This document shows, one piece after another, positions 18,006-27,349 of a DNA stretch of 47,379 nucleotides. Source of the stretch: a virus (taxonomy: Duplodnaviria > Caudoviricetes); the IMG/VR virus record IMGVR_UViG_3300030107_003655, positions 1 through 47,379 of that record, one strand, 5' to 3'. Below the pieces are notes generated by a model. It ran no database searches and was not told the origin of the DNA. It saw only the letters and a list, made by a program, of their open reading frames with translations. A program made the translations under genes and the position numbers. Each line of letters starts with the position of its first letter. Position 1 is the first letter of the stretch.

Positions 18006-18320
18006 GTGACAGGATTATATAAATATTCATCAAGAGAGGCTTCTAATCTTTTATTAGGGCAGAATGGGTTTGACCTAATAGCAGAGCACGATACAAACAC
18101 ATCATCCCCAGACACAGGTTCTTGGATAGCAATACAGGCCCTTGGTAAAGGTGGTGGTGATGCCGCTGTTGAATTTTTAAAACTAAAGGTAACTGCTAAT
18201 ATAGGAGATGGGATATCAGATTGGTTTTATATGATTCCCGGAGAAATACTTTATGGGAACTTTAGTGGAATTATTAATCACACAGACTCTACGGCAACGT
18301 GCATAGCTTACAGAGGGTAA
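18006..18320 (+). CDS. Hypothetical, probably virion, protein
   Basis: GTG start with AAGGAGG RBS; beta-rich, 104 aa. Confidence 0.7.
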   Translation: MTGLYKYSSREASNLLLGQNGFDLIAEHDTNTSSPDTGSWIAIQALGKGGGDAAVEFLKLKVTANIGDGISDWFYMIPGEILYGNFSGIINHTDSTATCIAYRG

Positions 18321-18655
18321 GAAGAACTAGTAGGTTGGCTAGACGTAATGCTAGTATTGGAAATAGTAAGCCAATACAAAGTATTGAGGTTGATAACAAG
18401 CCTATGAAAAATTTAGAAAATATGGTTTCAGGTTTGCTAGATAAATGGAATTATCAAGATAAGCAAATGAATGATTTATTTAAAGAATTAAAAACTGATA
18501 TTAATCATATGGAGGATAGGTTAGATAAGAACATATATAATATCAACGGTGAGATACATAAGCTAAAAACATCTATTGATACTCCAGTAGAAAAACCTAA
18601 TTTATTAAAAAGAATTTTAAATTGGATTAAGTTAAACTTATTTAAAATAAAATGA
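18299..18655 (+). CDS. Coiled-coil protein with C-terminal amphipathic helix
   Basis: Heptad-like middle, ends LLKRILNWIKLNLFKIK; start uncertain. Confidence 0.6.
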   Translation: MHSLQRVRRTSRLARRNASIGNSKPIQSIEVDNKPMKNLENMVSGLLDKWNYQDKQMNDLFKELKTDINHMEDRLDKNIYNINGEIHKLKTSIDTPVEKPNLLKRILNWIKLNLFKIK

Positions 18656-18694
18656 ACAAAGTAGTAGTAAAATTAAAAAGCGGAGATTTTAAAA

Positions 18695-18922
18695 TTGTTA
18701 ATACGAGTTATAATATACCTGTTTCTTACAATTATGTTAGGGAGTTGCAGTCAGGGGTGGAGCGTGGGCGAGGTTCAGCTAACTCCACAAGACACAGTGG
18801 CAAACACAGTGTTCATAGAGGTAATGGGAGTTGATTCAGTTATGCATTATTATCACGGTAAGGTGCTTAGCCAGTCTAATTGGTGTTGGGTTCATCATCA
18901 ATATGAGGATGTGGTGAAATAA
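18695..18922 (+). CDS. Small lipoprotein, possible o-spanin
   Basis: Signal peptide with lipobox LGSC; GGAG RBS before the TTG start. Confidence 0.6.
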   Translation: MLIRVIIYLFLTIMLGSCSQGWSVGEVQLTPQDTVANTVFIEVMGVDSVMHYYHGKVLSQSNWCWVHHQYEDVVK

Positions 18923-19240
18923 ATGGATTTCATAGCTCTATATGGCGAAGCTGGGATGATAGGGGTTGTAGGTGCAATGTTTGTATATCTTGTTGTATCC
19001 TTATCTAATAAGTCTGCTCAGCAACAAGAAACGTTAGAAAATTTAAAAGTAGAAAATAAAGGTCAATCAGAAACCTTAGAAAATATGGAGGGTATGGTTA
19101 TTAAACTTATAGGAAGATGGAACCAATCAGATGATAAGTTAGATAGGAAGTTTGATGCGCTTACAAAAGAAATAAATGATATGGATAATCAGCTATCAGA
19201 AATTAAAGGTTCTGTTAGTAGAATAAATGGAAGGCATTAA
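18923..19240 (+). CDS. Holin- or i-spanin-like membrane protein
   Basis: One N-terminal TM helix followed by a coiled coil, near the endolysin. Confidence 0.55.
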   Translation: MDFIALYGEAGMIGVVGAMFVYLVVSLSNKSAQQQETLENLKVENKGQSETLENMEGMVIKLIGRWNQSDDKLDRKFDALTKEINDMDNQLSEIKGSVSRINGRH

Positions 19241-19452
19241 TGGATAATAAAGACATATACTCCCTACTGGTAAAGCACGATGAAAGATTAAAAAATATTT
19301 ACTCTAGCTTATCTAGGGTAGAGAAACACTTGGAAAAGTTAAATGGGAAAGTAGGCAATCACGAAAAGTCCATTGCTAAAATGCAAGTAGTGGGCACCAT
19401 AGGTGTTGTTTCTTTTCCAGTAATAGTAAACATAATAATGAGGTTAATATAA
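19240..19452 (+). CDS. XhlA-like membrane protein
   Basis: N-terminal coiled coil and C-terminal TM helix. Confidence 0.55.
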   Translation: MDNKDIYSLLVKHDERLKNIYSSLSRVEKHLEKLNGKVGNHEKSIAKMQVVGTIGVVSFPVIVNIIMRLI

Positions 19453-19628
19453 TGTTAATGAAAATGATAGCTGATGAGTTGTTAGCTGACTCAACAAAAG
19501 ATGAAATTATTGATGAAATCAATAAAGCTGTTGATATTCCAATTATCAGTGAGAAAACAGAGAAGGCTATTCTTGAAGCTCTTTGGAAAATTATCAAAGG
19601 TGTCTTACTCAAAAAACTTGGTATATAA
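19452..19628 (+). CDS. Hypothetical protein, 58 aa (not in ORF track)
   Basis: MLMKMIADELLADSTKDEIIDEINKAVDIPIISEKTEKAILEALWKIIKGVLLKKLGI; GAGGT RBS; TAATG coupling. Confidence 0.75.
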   Translation: MLMKMIADELLADSTKDEIIDEINKAVDIPIISEKTEKAILEALWKIIKGVLLKKLGI

Positions 19629-19633
19629 TACCT

Positions 19634-19951
19634 ATGGCTAAGGTAAAACCTAAGTCTCCAGCTTGGCAAAGAAAGGCAGGCAAAAATCCCAAGGGTGGAT
19701 TAAACGCTAAAGGTAGAGCTAGCTATAAAGGTGGAACCTTGAGGGCTCCGGTTAAGTCAGGAGACAACCCAAGAAGAGCTAGTTTCCTAGCTCGGATGGG
19801 AAATATGCCGGGGCCAGAAAGAAAAAATGGCAAACCTACAAGGTTATTATTGTCGCTAAGAGCTTGGGGTGCTAGTTCAAAAGCAGATGCCAAGAGAAAA
19901 GCAAAGGCTATTAGTGCAAGAAATAAAGCTAAGAAGAAAAAAAAGCAATAA
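19634..19951 (+). CDS. Highly basic phage protein (DUF6321-like)
   Basis: AWQRKAGKNPKGGLNAKGRASY..RRASFLARM..SLRAW; ATG 19634 preferred over TTG 19583. Confidence 0.75.
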   Translation: MAKVKPKSPAWQRKAGKNPKGGLNAKGRASYKGGTLRAPVKSGDNPRRASFLARMGNMPGPERKNGKPTRLLLSLRAWGASSKADAKRKAKAISARNKAKKKKKQ

Positions 19952-19953
19952 TT

Positions 19954-20133
19954 ATGATTAAAAAAATAAAAGGTGTATCTGTTTCAGGTTTAACAACAAG
20001 ACAAGCCAGTGCTATGAAAAAGCACGCAAAGCATCACACTGCAAAACATTTAAGGTCTATGGTTACTGCTATGAAAAATGGTAAAACATTTACTCAATCT
20101 CACAAAATGGCAATGAAAAAGGTAGGTAAGTAA
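19954..20133 (+). CDS. Small basic His/Met/Lys-rich protein, 59 aa (not in ORF track)
   Basis: MIKKIKGVSVSGLTTRQASAMKKHAKHHTAKHLRSMVTAMKNGKTFTQSHKMAMKKVGK. Confidence 0.75.
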   Translation: MIKKIKGVSVSGLTTRQASAMKKHAKHHTAKHLRSMVTAMKNGKTFTQSHKMAMKKVGK

Positions 20134-20158
20134 TAGCTACTAAGAAAAAGAAGTAATT

Positions 20159-20539
20159 ATGTATAAATTTGGAAAAAGAAGTAAAGAAAGACTTAAGGGT
20201 GTTGACGCTAAGCTTGTCAATGTCCTTAATGAGCTTATAAAAATTATGGATGTCACCATAATAGAAGGATTGCGTAGCGAAAAAAGACAGAAAGAGCTGT
20301 TGGAAAAGGGGGCTACTAAGGTTAAGTATTCGAAACATATGGAAGGAAAGGCGGTAGACTTAGCTCCCTACCCAATAGACTGGAATAATAGAGATGGATT
20401 TCACTATATGGGTGGAATGATTCGTGGTATAGCAAAGCAACTTGGTGTCAAAGTTAGATGGGGTGGAGATTGGGATTCGGATGGAGATATAAAAGATAAT
20501 GGCTTTGATGATTTAGTTCATATTGAGTTACGTGATTAA
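20159..20539 (+). CDS. Endolysin, peptidase M15 (L-Ala-D-Glu peptidase-like)
   Basis: EGLRS..RQKEL, SKHMEGKAVD, WGGDW and DLVHIEL Zn-ligand motifs. Confidence 0.92.
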   Translation: MYKFGKRSKERLKGVDAKLVNVLNELIKIMDVTIIEGLRSEKRQKELLEKGATKVKYSKHMEGKAVDLAPYPIDWNNRDGFHYMGGMIRGIAKQLGVKVRWGGDWDSDGDIKDNGFDDLVHIELRD

Positions 20540-20943
20540 TGGCTAAGAATTTTCTACAGATAAAAGACTGGTCTGGCGGTATGAATAATAGGAAAGACCC
20601 TAGAGATTTAAATGTAAATGAATGTTCTTTTATATCTAATATGTCTATTGATTCATTAGGTAAGATAAAAACCATTGGTGGTTTATATGAAGCAAAAGAA
20701 GGCTCTGATGGTACTACTGATTTAACATATTATATTGTTTCCAGAACAGCAAACATAGTTGGCGCTGGAGGCTATGGAGCGTTTTATTTTGAATCTGACC
20801 ATAGTGGGGACTATGATGCTAATATAACTGAAACAAAAAGTGGTACTGCGTTAGCAATAGGAACGTCTAATGGAAACATAAGTTTTGTTCAAGTTAAGAC
20901 AACTGAAGATACTCCTGCAAACATACCTACGGTACCAACATAA
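20539..20943 (+). CDS. Tail nozzle/stabilisation protein, N-terminal part
   Basis: WSGGMN..DPRDL..NEC....NM....GKI resembles the N-terminus of P22 gp10/T7 gp12-type proteins. Confidence 0.55.
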   Translation: MAKNFLQIKDWSGGMNNRKDPRDLNVNECSFISNMSIDSLGKIKTIGGLYEAKEGSDGTTDLTYYIVSRTANIVGAGGYGAFYFESDHSGDYDANITETKSGTALAIGTSNGNISFVQVKTTEDTPANIPTVPT

Positions 20944-20954
20944 TAGGATATTGA

Positions 20955-23900
20955 ATGCCAACACCCTCGCAAAACTATATGGTCTTAAAAGGTGGAACCA
21001 ACTCTAGTAATAGTACTATATATACAGATGATGATAGCACCACGCAAAATAAAATAAAAGTTGGTGATACTATTAAGATTTCTGGTACTGCAAGTAATAA
21101 CGGAGTTTTTACAGTAACAGACATAACAACAGATGGCACATCTCTTGGGTCTAATGGAGATGTATACTACTCTTTAAAGGGAGTGCAATTAACTAATGAA
21201 AGTAGTGCAGATAGCACTGACCCATTGATAGAGGTTGTTAGAGCACCGGGGGATAAGTTAATTGCTCTTGGTGATGTGGATAGTGCCGGGGGTATTGATG
21301 TTTGGTCAAACAACGCTACTACTGATTATGTAGGCGTAAGTCCGGCAAGCGCAAACGGGTGGACTGAATCAGCAATTACCCCAACATCAGATGGGAATGA
21401 CGCTAAGTATATATATTATTTTGCAGATGAAGCCTTAAGGGTTTGCAATATAAATGAATCTAATACAAGTACCATAAGGTGGTATGGATATATACAGAGA
21501 CAGCAATTTAGTAATAATTTAGGGCTGTCGTTTTCTGAGTGGCAAGAACATCCAAATACATTAGCTCCCCCTAGATTAGCTCAAGGCTCCTTTACTCACT
21601 GTTATGGAACATCAAGCCATTCTAATTCAACTGCAACTAATTTTTATCAAAATAATCGTGGAGTTGCAAGGCAGAAAGAATTCACAGATGGTAGCGCTTT
21701 AAGGTTTAGGGCTGATACTGGTCATTTTGCAAATATGTTAGGAGCCACTCAAAAAGCCTTTCTATTAGATGCACTAAACGACGATGATTCAGTTCTTGAT
21801 TTTGGTGGGAATACATCTGATGGCGATGGAGTCTTACTCGATGTTGCTACTAAAGGTTTTGTAAGTGCTAGTAGCAGTGCAACTTTTATTATTAATAGTG
21901 GAAGCGGTAGATTGACAAATACTGGGAGTGCCAGAGGCGAAGTATACTTAAGAATTATCACTGTTTCTGGAACAAAATATCAAGTAAGTTTTGACGTAGG
22001 TTCTGGCAGTAATGCAAACGCTAGAGTGTCTCTTAGTACTGATACAAGTCACAATTCATCGGCTCAATCTGCATCAATTTCCTCAGGTGGTGCTACAAAT
22101 AATTCATTGCAAAATAGTTTTACTGCAGAAGCTTCTACATCTTATTTAATATTACAAGTAGATTCTACGACAAATACTGAATATTGTGATTTTGACAATA
22201 TAACTGTGTATATTGAAGATGAGCTTGCTATGGAAAATACTAGCTCTGTTGCTGTATTAGACCAAAACATTCTTGGGGAGGTAATAACAATTGGGGAGGC
22301 TTTAGGTACTTATCCAAAAGAAGCTTTAATTTGTACTCAAGTTTCTGGTGGTGGAGGTGGCCCCATAACGTATAAAAGAAAATATGGAGGGGCTTTAGTA
22401 GGTACAGCACCTCACGTAATAAATAATGCAGATACTCCAATAGTAGAAAGAGGACTCGGTTTTAACATAGGAGTGTCTGAAGTTGATTCTGGTAGCACTG
22501 GAGCCCCAGATGGCTCTTGGGAGGCTGGAACTTATGAGTTTTATCAAACATTTTTATATGATGGCAACCAAGAGTCGTTACCTCTTCAGATGGGTGGTGG
22601 CCAAGCTACTACATCATTAGCGGCTTTTGAGGTAACAGCTACTGGTGACAAATCCCTTATCGTCTCAGTGTACGCAGATGTTTTCTATAGTGGTAGAATA
22701 TCTGGAGCTAGGGTGTATACAAGATTAAAAAACACTGATGATGATTTAATTTTATTTGCAGACATAGACATAGTAAAAGGCGTAAGGTTAACCATAGATG
22801 GAACTCACGTTCCTTGGTCTTATGAAAGTGCAGATGGTTATTATGTTTTAGATTCCGTATCTGAAAGACCAAACCTAGACACATATAATACTATAAATGG
22901 ATACCCACCTGACATACATTTTAATGCAATTGGTGGAAGAAATGAAGTATATAAAGCTTCTGTTGTAGCTAATAGAAGAGCTTTTATTGCCAACTTAAAA
23001 GTAAAAGGAGCAAATATAGAGCTACAAAAATATGGCGATAGAATTATGTATAGTGAGATTAATAGATTTGATACATTTCTTGAGTATAATTTCATAGATG
23101 TTTCTAAAGGTGATTTTGGTGAATATGTGGCATTAGAATCATATGCAGATAGGCTATTAGCATTTAAACATAATTTAATTCACGTTATAAACATTGCAAG
23201 TCCTAGCCCAGCTAACTGGTTTCTTGAGGATACGATAAAACATTTTGGAGCGAATTATAATTTTAGCGTTACTAAAACAGCAAATGGTATTGCTTGGTTA
23301 ACTGACAATGGATGTTATTTATACGATGGTAATGTTAATAACTTATTAGATAGGAAGATAGCTGTAAGTTCTGCTTCATATTCAGGTACAGATGTAAATT
23401 GGCAAGATTGGTATAGGGGTACTTCTAATGTGAAAGATGTTTCTCTTGGATATGAACCAATAAGCAACTCTTTATTAATGTTTAGAAGCCCAGATGATAG
23501 TAGTGATTATTCTAATACTGGTTGGATATATGATTTTGATACAAATGGGTGGGCTTACCATACAAGTATTTTTACAGATAGTGAGAATTATACAAATTTT
23601 ATAATTGATTGGAATAATAACTTAACTGTTGGTTGGCAAGATAGTAACACTATACATTTTTATAAATACTTACCTATAAGCAAGTCACTACAAAATCAAG
23701 AATTTGTTACTAGAGATATAGATTTTGCAGTTCCGGGTTTGGTAAAAAAGATATATAAAGTGATAGTAACGTATAAGTCTGATGCATCAGTAACAACTCC
23801 ATTTTCATATGCTATAGATGGTAAGCAAAATTTCTCAGGAGATGGAGGTGGAACATTTACTGGTAATTTCTCAGATACAAGTAGTAAATGGGATGTTGTC

Positions 23901-24035
23901 ACGCTAACCCCATCATCCACTATATCTTGTCAAAGTATACAGATTAAATTTGCCAATGGCTCATCAGCTGGAAAATTTGAAATAAACGATATTACAATTC
24001 AATATAGAGCAATAAGAGATAAAGAAGCAACGTAA
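20955..24035 (+). CDS. Tail nozzle/stabilisation protein, main part with inserted domains
   Basis: 1026 aa; beta-propeller-like blades; C-terminal FVTRDIDF..KKIYKVIVTYKS..FEINDITIQYR. Confidence 0.7.
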   Translation: MPTPSQNYMVLKGGTNSSNSTIYTDDDSTTQNKIKVGDTIKISGTASNNGVFTVTDITTDGTSLGSNGDVYYSLKGVQLTNESSADSTDPLIEVVRAPGDKLIALGDVDSAGGIDVWSNNATTDYVGVSPASANGWTESAITPTSDGNDAKYIYYFADEALRVCNINESNTSTIRWYGYIQRQQFSNNLGLSFSEWQEHPNTLAPPRLAQGSFTHCYGTSSHSNSTATNFYQNNRGVARQKEFTDGSALRFRADTGHFANMLGATQKAFLLDALNDDDSVLDFGGNTSDGDGVLLDVATKGFVSASSSATFIINSGSGRLTNTGSARGEVYLRIITVSGTKYQVSFDVGSGSNANARVSLSTDTSHNSSAQSASISSGGATNNSLQNSFTAEASTSYLILQVDSTTNTEYCDFDNITVYIEDELAMENTSSVAVLDQNILGEVITIGEALGTYPKEALICTQVSGGGGGPITYKRKYGGALVGTAPHVINNADTPIVERGLGFNIGVSEVDSGSTGAPDGSWEAGTYEFYQTFLYDGNQESLPLQMGGGQATTSLAAFEVTATGDKSLIVSVYADVFYSGRISGARVYTRLKNTDDDLILFADIDIVKGVRLTIDGTHVPWSYESADGYYVLDSVSERPNLDTYNTINGYPPDIHFNAIGGRNEVYKASVVANRRAFIANLKVKGANIELQKYGDRIMYSEINRFDTFLEYNFIDVSKGDFGEYVALESYADRLLAFKHNLIHVINIASPSPANWFLEDTIKHFGANYNFSVTKTANGIAWLTDNGCYLYDGNVNNLLDRKIAVSSASYSGTDVNWQDWYRGTSNVKDVSLGYEPISNSLLMFRSPDDSSDYSNTGWIYDFDTNGWAYHTSIFTDSENYTNFIIDWNNNLTVGWQDSNTIHFYKYLPISKSLQNQEFVTRDIDFAVPGLVKKIYKVIVTYKSDASVTTPFSYAIDGKQNFSGDGGGTFTGNFSDTSSKWDVVTLTPSSTISCQSIQIKFANGSSAGKFEINDITIQYRAIRDKEAT

Positions 24036-24613
24036 TGTCATTACTAGATAGAAACGTAAGAAGGTTAATAAATACAAAGCAAGATTCTTTGGAGTTTAAA
24101 GGAGTCCCTTCGTCCAATAGTCTACTAGATGGACAAACTGCAGTGCAAAAAGAATCAAATAGCCAACTTGCAATATATAGAAAAAAATTTGGAAAGATAT
24201 GGAAATCATATATGTCATCCAATGGTAATCAATTCGTTGATAGAGATTTAATTATAGGTGGAAAAGTTAAGTCCAGAGTAACTGTAGAAGACTTAGTGTT
24301 TAAACAAGGTTCTGAAAAAACCATAGTTGAAACTGGAGGTAGGGGTAGTATAAGCATTTCAGATTCATATCATATTGTAGATACGCAATCTGATGCTTCA
24401 AGTGATAATTTAGATGAGATTCAAGGTGGTGAAGCTGGCCAAATATTAATTTTAAGAACTGCTAATAGTAGTAGAGATGTTGTTGTTAGACACGATGAGG
24501 GAAATATATTTACAGCTAGTGGAAGCAACGTCACTCTTGGGACGACAAATAGTTTTATTATTTTATTAAGAATAAGTACAGGTTGGTACGAAATTATAAG
24601 TAGAAGTTATTAA
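24035..24613 (+). CDS. Probable tail protein
   Basis: Coupled to the nozzle gene; C-terminal beta domain DNLDEIQGG..GQILIL. Confidence 0.55.
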   Translation: MSLLDRNVRRLINTKQDSLEFKGVPSSNSLLDGQTAVQKESNSQLAIYRKKFGKIWKSYMSSNGNQFVDRDLIIGGKVKSRVTVEDLVFKQGSEKTIVETGGRGSISISDSYHIVDTQSDASSDNLDEIQGGEAGQILILRTANSSRDVVVRHDEGNIFTASGSNVTLGTTNSFIILLRISTGWYEIISRSY

Positions 24614-24623
24614 GGGGATAAAA

Positions 24624-26105
24624 ATGAATAATACAATAAGAGGATATTTAGGTGGTGGTTTAATTCCTCGTATGGGGTATCAATCTGGTGGTTATATCCC
24701 CGGGGTTTCTGGAGCTGGTTTTAGAATGGGCTTGCAAAGAGATGCATCCAAAGCTCAGGAAGAATTTCAAAAGCAAGCTGAGAAATATAAAGAAGAGCAG
24801 GAAAAAAGGGGTTTGTTTGGTAAAATTGGTAGCGCTCTTGGAACAGCGGCAGGTGTTGCCCTAGCCCCTGCTACTGGAGGTTTGAGTTTAATTGCGGCTA
24901 AGGGAATAGGTTCTGCTTTAGGTTCTGGATTAGGAGAAATGGCGGCTGGCAAGATGTACGATACTGGTAAGATTGGCTCATCTACTGGGTTATACACTAA
25001 AGATTTTCAAGAATTATCTAAGATGGAAACAGATATGGATAAAGGCACCTTAGGAAGAGCTCTTGGGGCTGGGGCTGGGACAGCTTGGAGTGCTGGATTA
25101 GGAGACTTAGTTAAGATGGGTGCTGGTAGCTTATTTGGAAAAGGTAGACAACTTCTAGGGCTCCAACCAGATATGGCAGGTAAAGTTGTAGATGCTTCTG
25201 GAAATATCGTCAACATTCCTCAAGCTAATGTAGGAATTGCAGATGATTATTTCTCTCAAACACTTGGTTTCCAAGACGGCGGTATGCTTAGAATGACTAT
25301 GCCTGAAGAAAGATTGGGAAATTTCTCATCATCATTTTTTGATTCTTTAGAAACAGCAGAGCCAAGCACCTCTGGTGTTGATATTAGCACACCAATAATG
25401 CCCCCATCTAATCAAAAGCAAGTAGAGCAAGAAGTGGAGCCTGAATTAGTTAACACAGATAGCCCTAGTGCTATTGGCCCTTTAACAGATGAAGAACCTA
25501 TGGAGATTCCATCTGGTGAACAACTTGCTAACATTGAAAATTTACAAAAAGATAGACAAGAGATGGGATTAAGAAGGGATTATAGAAACCCTATGACAGT
25601 TAAAAGTGTTACTGATAAACTATTTGGGAAAAATAGGTATACTGCTCGCCACGAAGCGGAAGGGATTACAAAAGAAAAGTTTGATGAAGCCTTATCTAAT
25701 TTACCATCAGAACTTAATTCTTCGCAGTTAAGGAGGCAGGATGCATTAACAAAAATGCTAGATAAGGAAAGAATTCAAAGGTCTATGAATGAGAGGTATA
25801 ATGAGGGACTTATAAGTGATATGGATATACTACCAGATGCTCCTATAACGCCCTTATTTGAAAGTCAAAGTCCAACTGAAATGGCTTATCAATCATCATT
25901 GCCACGTGCAGAATCAATAGGCTTAGACAACCAACTACTATCTATGGCTCAAGATTCATTAGCACAACAAAGAAAGATGGAGGGTATTGCAAGTGGATTA
26001 GGTGACTATATAAATACTGGTATGCAGATGGGAGGAAAGGTTGGGTATTATGGAAAAGGAAAAGGCCTTTTAAGTATAAACCCTTTTATAAGGAGGATAA
26101 TATAA
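24624..26105 (+). CDS. Probable DNA-ejection/internal virion protein
   Basis: Gly/Ala-rich hydrophobic segments typical of pilot proteins; QxGG motifs. Confidence 0.6.
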   Translation: MNNTIRGYLGGGLIPRMGYQSGGYIPGVSGAGFRMGLQRDASKAQEEFQKQAEKYKEEQEKRGLFGKIGSALGTAAGVALAPATGGLSLIAAKGIGSALGSGLGEMAAGKMYDTGKIGSSTGLYTKDFQELSKMETDMDKGTLGRALGAGAGTAWSAGLGDLVKMGAGSLFGKGRQLLGLQPDMAGKVVDASGNIVNIPQANVGIADDYFSQTLGFQDGGMLRMTMPEERLGNFSSSFFDSLETAEPSTSGVDISTPIMPPSNQKQVEQEVEPELVNTDSPSAIGPLTDEEPMEIPSGEQLANIENLQKDRQEMGLRRDYRNPMTVKSVTDKLFGKNRYTARHEAEGITKEKFDEALSNLPSELNSSQLRRQDALTKMLDKERIQRSMNERYNEGLISDMDILPDAPITPLFESQSPTEMAYQSSLPRAESIGLDNQLLSMAQDSLAQQRKMEGIASGLGDYINTGMQMGGKVGYYGKGKGLLSINPFIRRII

Positions 26106-27319
26106 TGTATTTTGGTAACGACCCTAGACCCGGAGATAGTCAACCAATAATGGCTGAGAAGGATGAATACGTTGTGAATAGAAATGCGGCTAGAAAACAC
26201 AAGCCCTTACTAGACTATTTAAATTTCATAGATGAACCTAGATTTGGCAATAAGGAAATGGCTCACTCTGCAATAGATGAAGCTATGGCTCTTAACACAC
26301 TCTCTGGAATTGGCACACAAGGGCGTATTACGATGGATGATGTGGATACTGGTATGATGCAAAAAGGTGGAAAAGTTCCTAAGTATAATGAGGGTGGAGT
26401 AATACAAGATAAAAGAGAACGTAAAAGTAAATACACTTTAGGGGTTAGAGACGAACTTGCAGATAGTATAGATTATTTCAAGAGCATTGACAACCTATTA
26501 TCAAGCACTAGAACAAATGATAAATATGGTTTTTCCAAACAAGAAAGAGATAATCTAGATTTCCTTGCAGAGCAAGGGGTTATTGACGTAGAGCAAGCGT
26601 TAAAGCATTTGGATAATATACAAGATGCATATCAAAGAAAAGCAGTTGGCTTTCATATGCCAAGAAAATTTCAAACCGGTGGTAATGTATCATATGGTGG
26701 TGAGACAATAGAAAAACCTACATTAGAAGACATATATGAAAAAGCAGGAGTTATGCCTAATACCCAACAGAAACCCTCTTTTGAATCAAGTTTTGGTTCA
26801 TTAGGTGACGACAGATTTATTGGTACAAGGGGAACATATGAATCTGCGATTGAGTCATTAACTTCTAAAGGCACTGGAGCTATTAGTAAGGCAATGAGTG
26901 ACTCAGCTAGTGTCGGTCAAGGATTTGGGGATATTGGTATTAAAAAAGCAATACAGCAAAAGGTCAGAGAAAGTGCTGAAAGGGGAGTTTCTTTAGGAAG
27001 AGACGAAGCAAAAAGACAGCTCTTCGAAAATGAAAGAAGCATTAATGAGGCATATATGACTGATGCATTAAATGAATTAGCTAGATTGGAGTCACTCCAA
27101 GGAACAGTCCCTTACCCACCGAGAGCTGGTGGGAGTGGTATGGAAGGAATTGACTTAGGTGGAGGTGGGTTTGGTGGTGGAGTATATGGTCAAAGCGACC
27201 TATATGGTGACGTAGATAGTAGGTCTCCATTAGAAAGCTCCGGAACATATGATGGTGAAACAATTACATATGATGGAGAAACCTATACGTGGAATGGAAC
27301 CGATTGGGAAATTAATTGA
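26105..27319 (+). CDS. Probable internal virion protein
   Basis: DSQPIMAEKDEYVVNRNA motif, QxGG motifs, C-terminal TYTWNGTDW. Confidence 0.55.
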   Translation: MYFGNDPRPGDSQPIMAEKDEYVVNRNAARKHKPLLDYLNFIDEPRFGNKEMAHSAIDEAMALNTLSGIGTQGRITMDDVDTGMMQKGGKVPKYNEGGVIQDKRERKSKYTLGVRDELADSIDYFKSIDNLLSSTRTNDKYGFSKQERDNLDFLAEQGVIDVEQALKHLDNIQDAYQRKAVGFHMPRKFQTGGNVSYGGETIEKPTLEDIYEKAGVMPNTQQKPSFESSFGSLGDDRFIGTRGTYESAIESLTSKGTGAISKAMSDSASVGQGFGDIGIKKAIQQKVRESAERGVSLGRDEAKRQLFENERSINEAYMTDALNELARLESLQGTVPYPPRAGGSGMEGIDLGGGGFGGGVYGQSDLYGDVDSRSPLESSGTYDGETITYDGETYTWNGTDWEIN

Positions 27320-27349
27320 TTATAAACAAGTATTTAAATAGGGGATAAT

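Noticed and set aside
18652-18834. i-spanin with an embedded Rz1-like lipoprotein
   Set aside because: The 60-aa ORF has no TM helix and no clear RBS; more likely a shadow of the lipoprotein gene.
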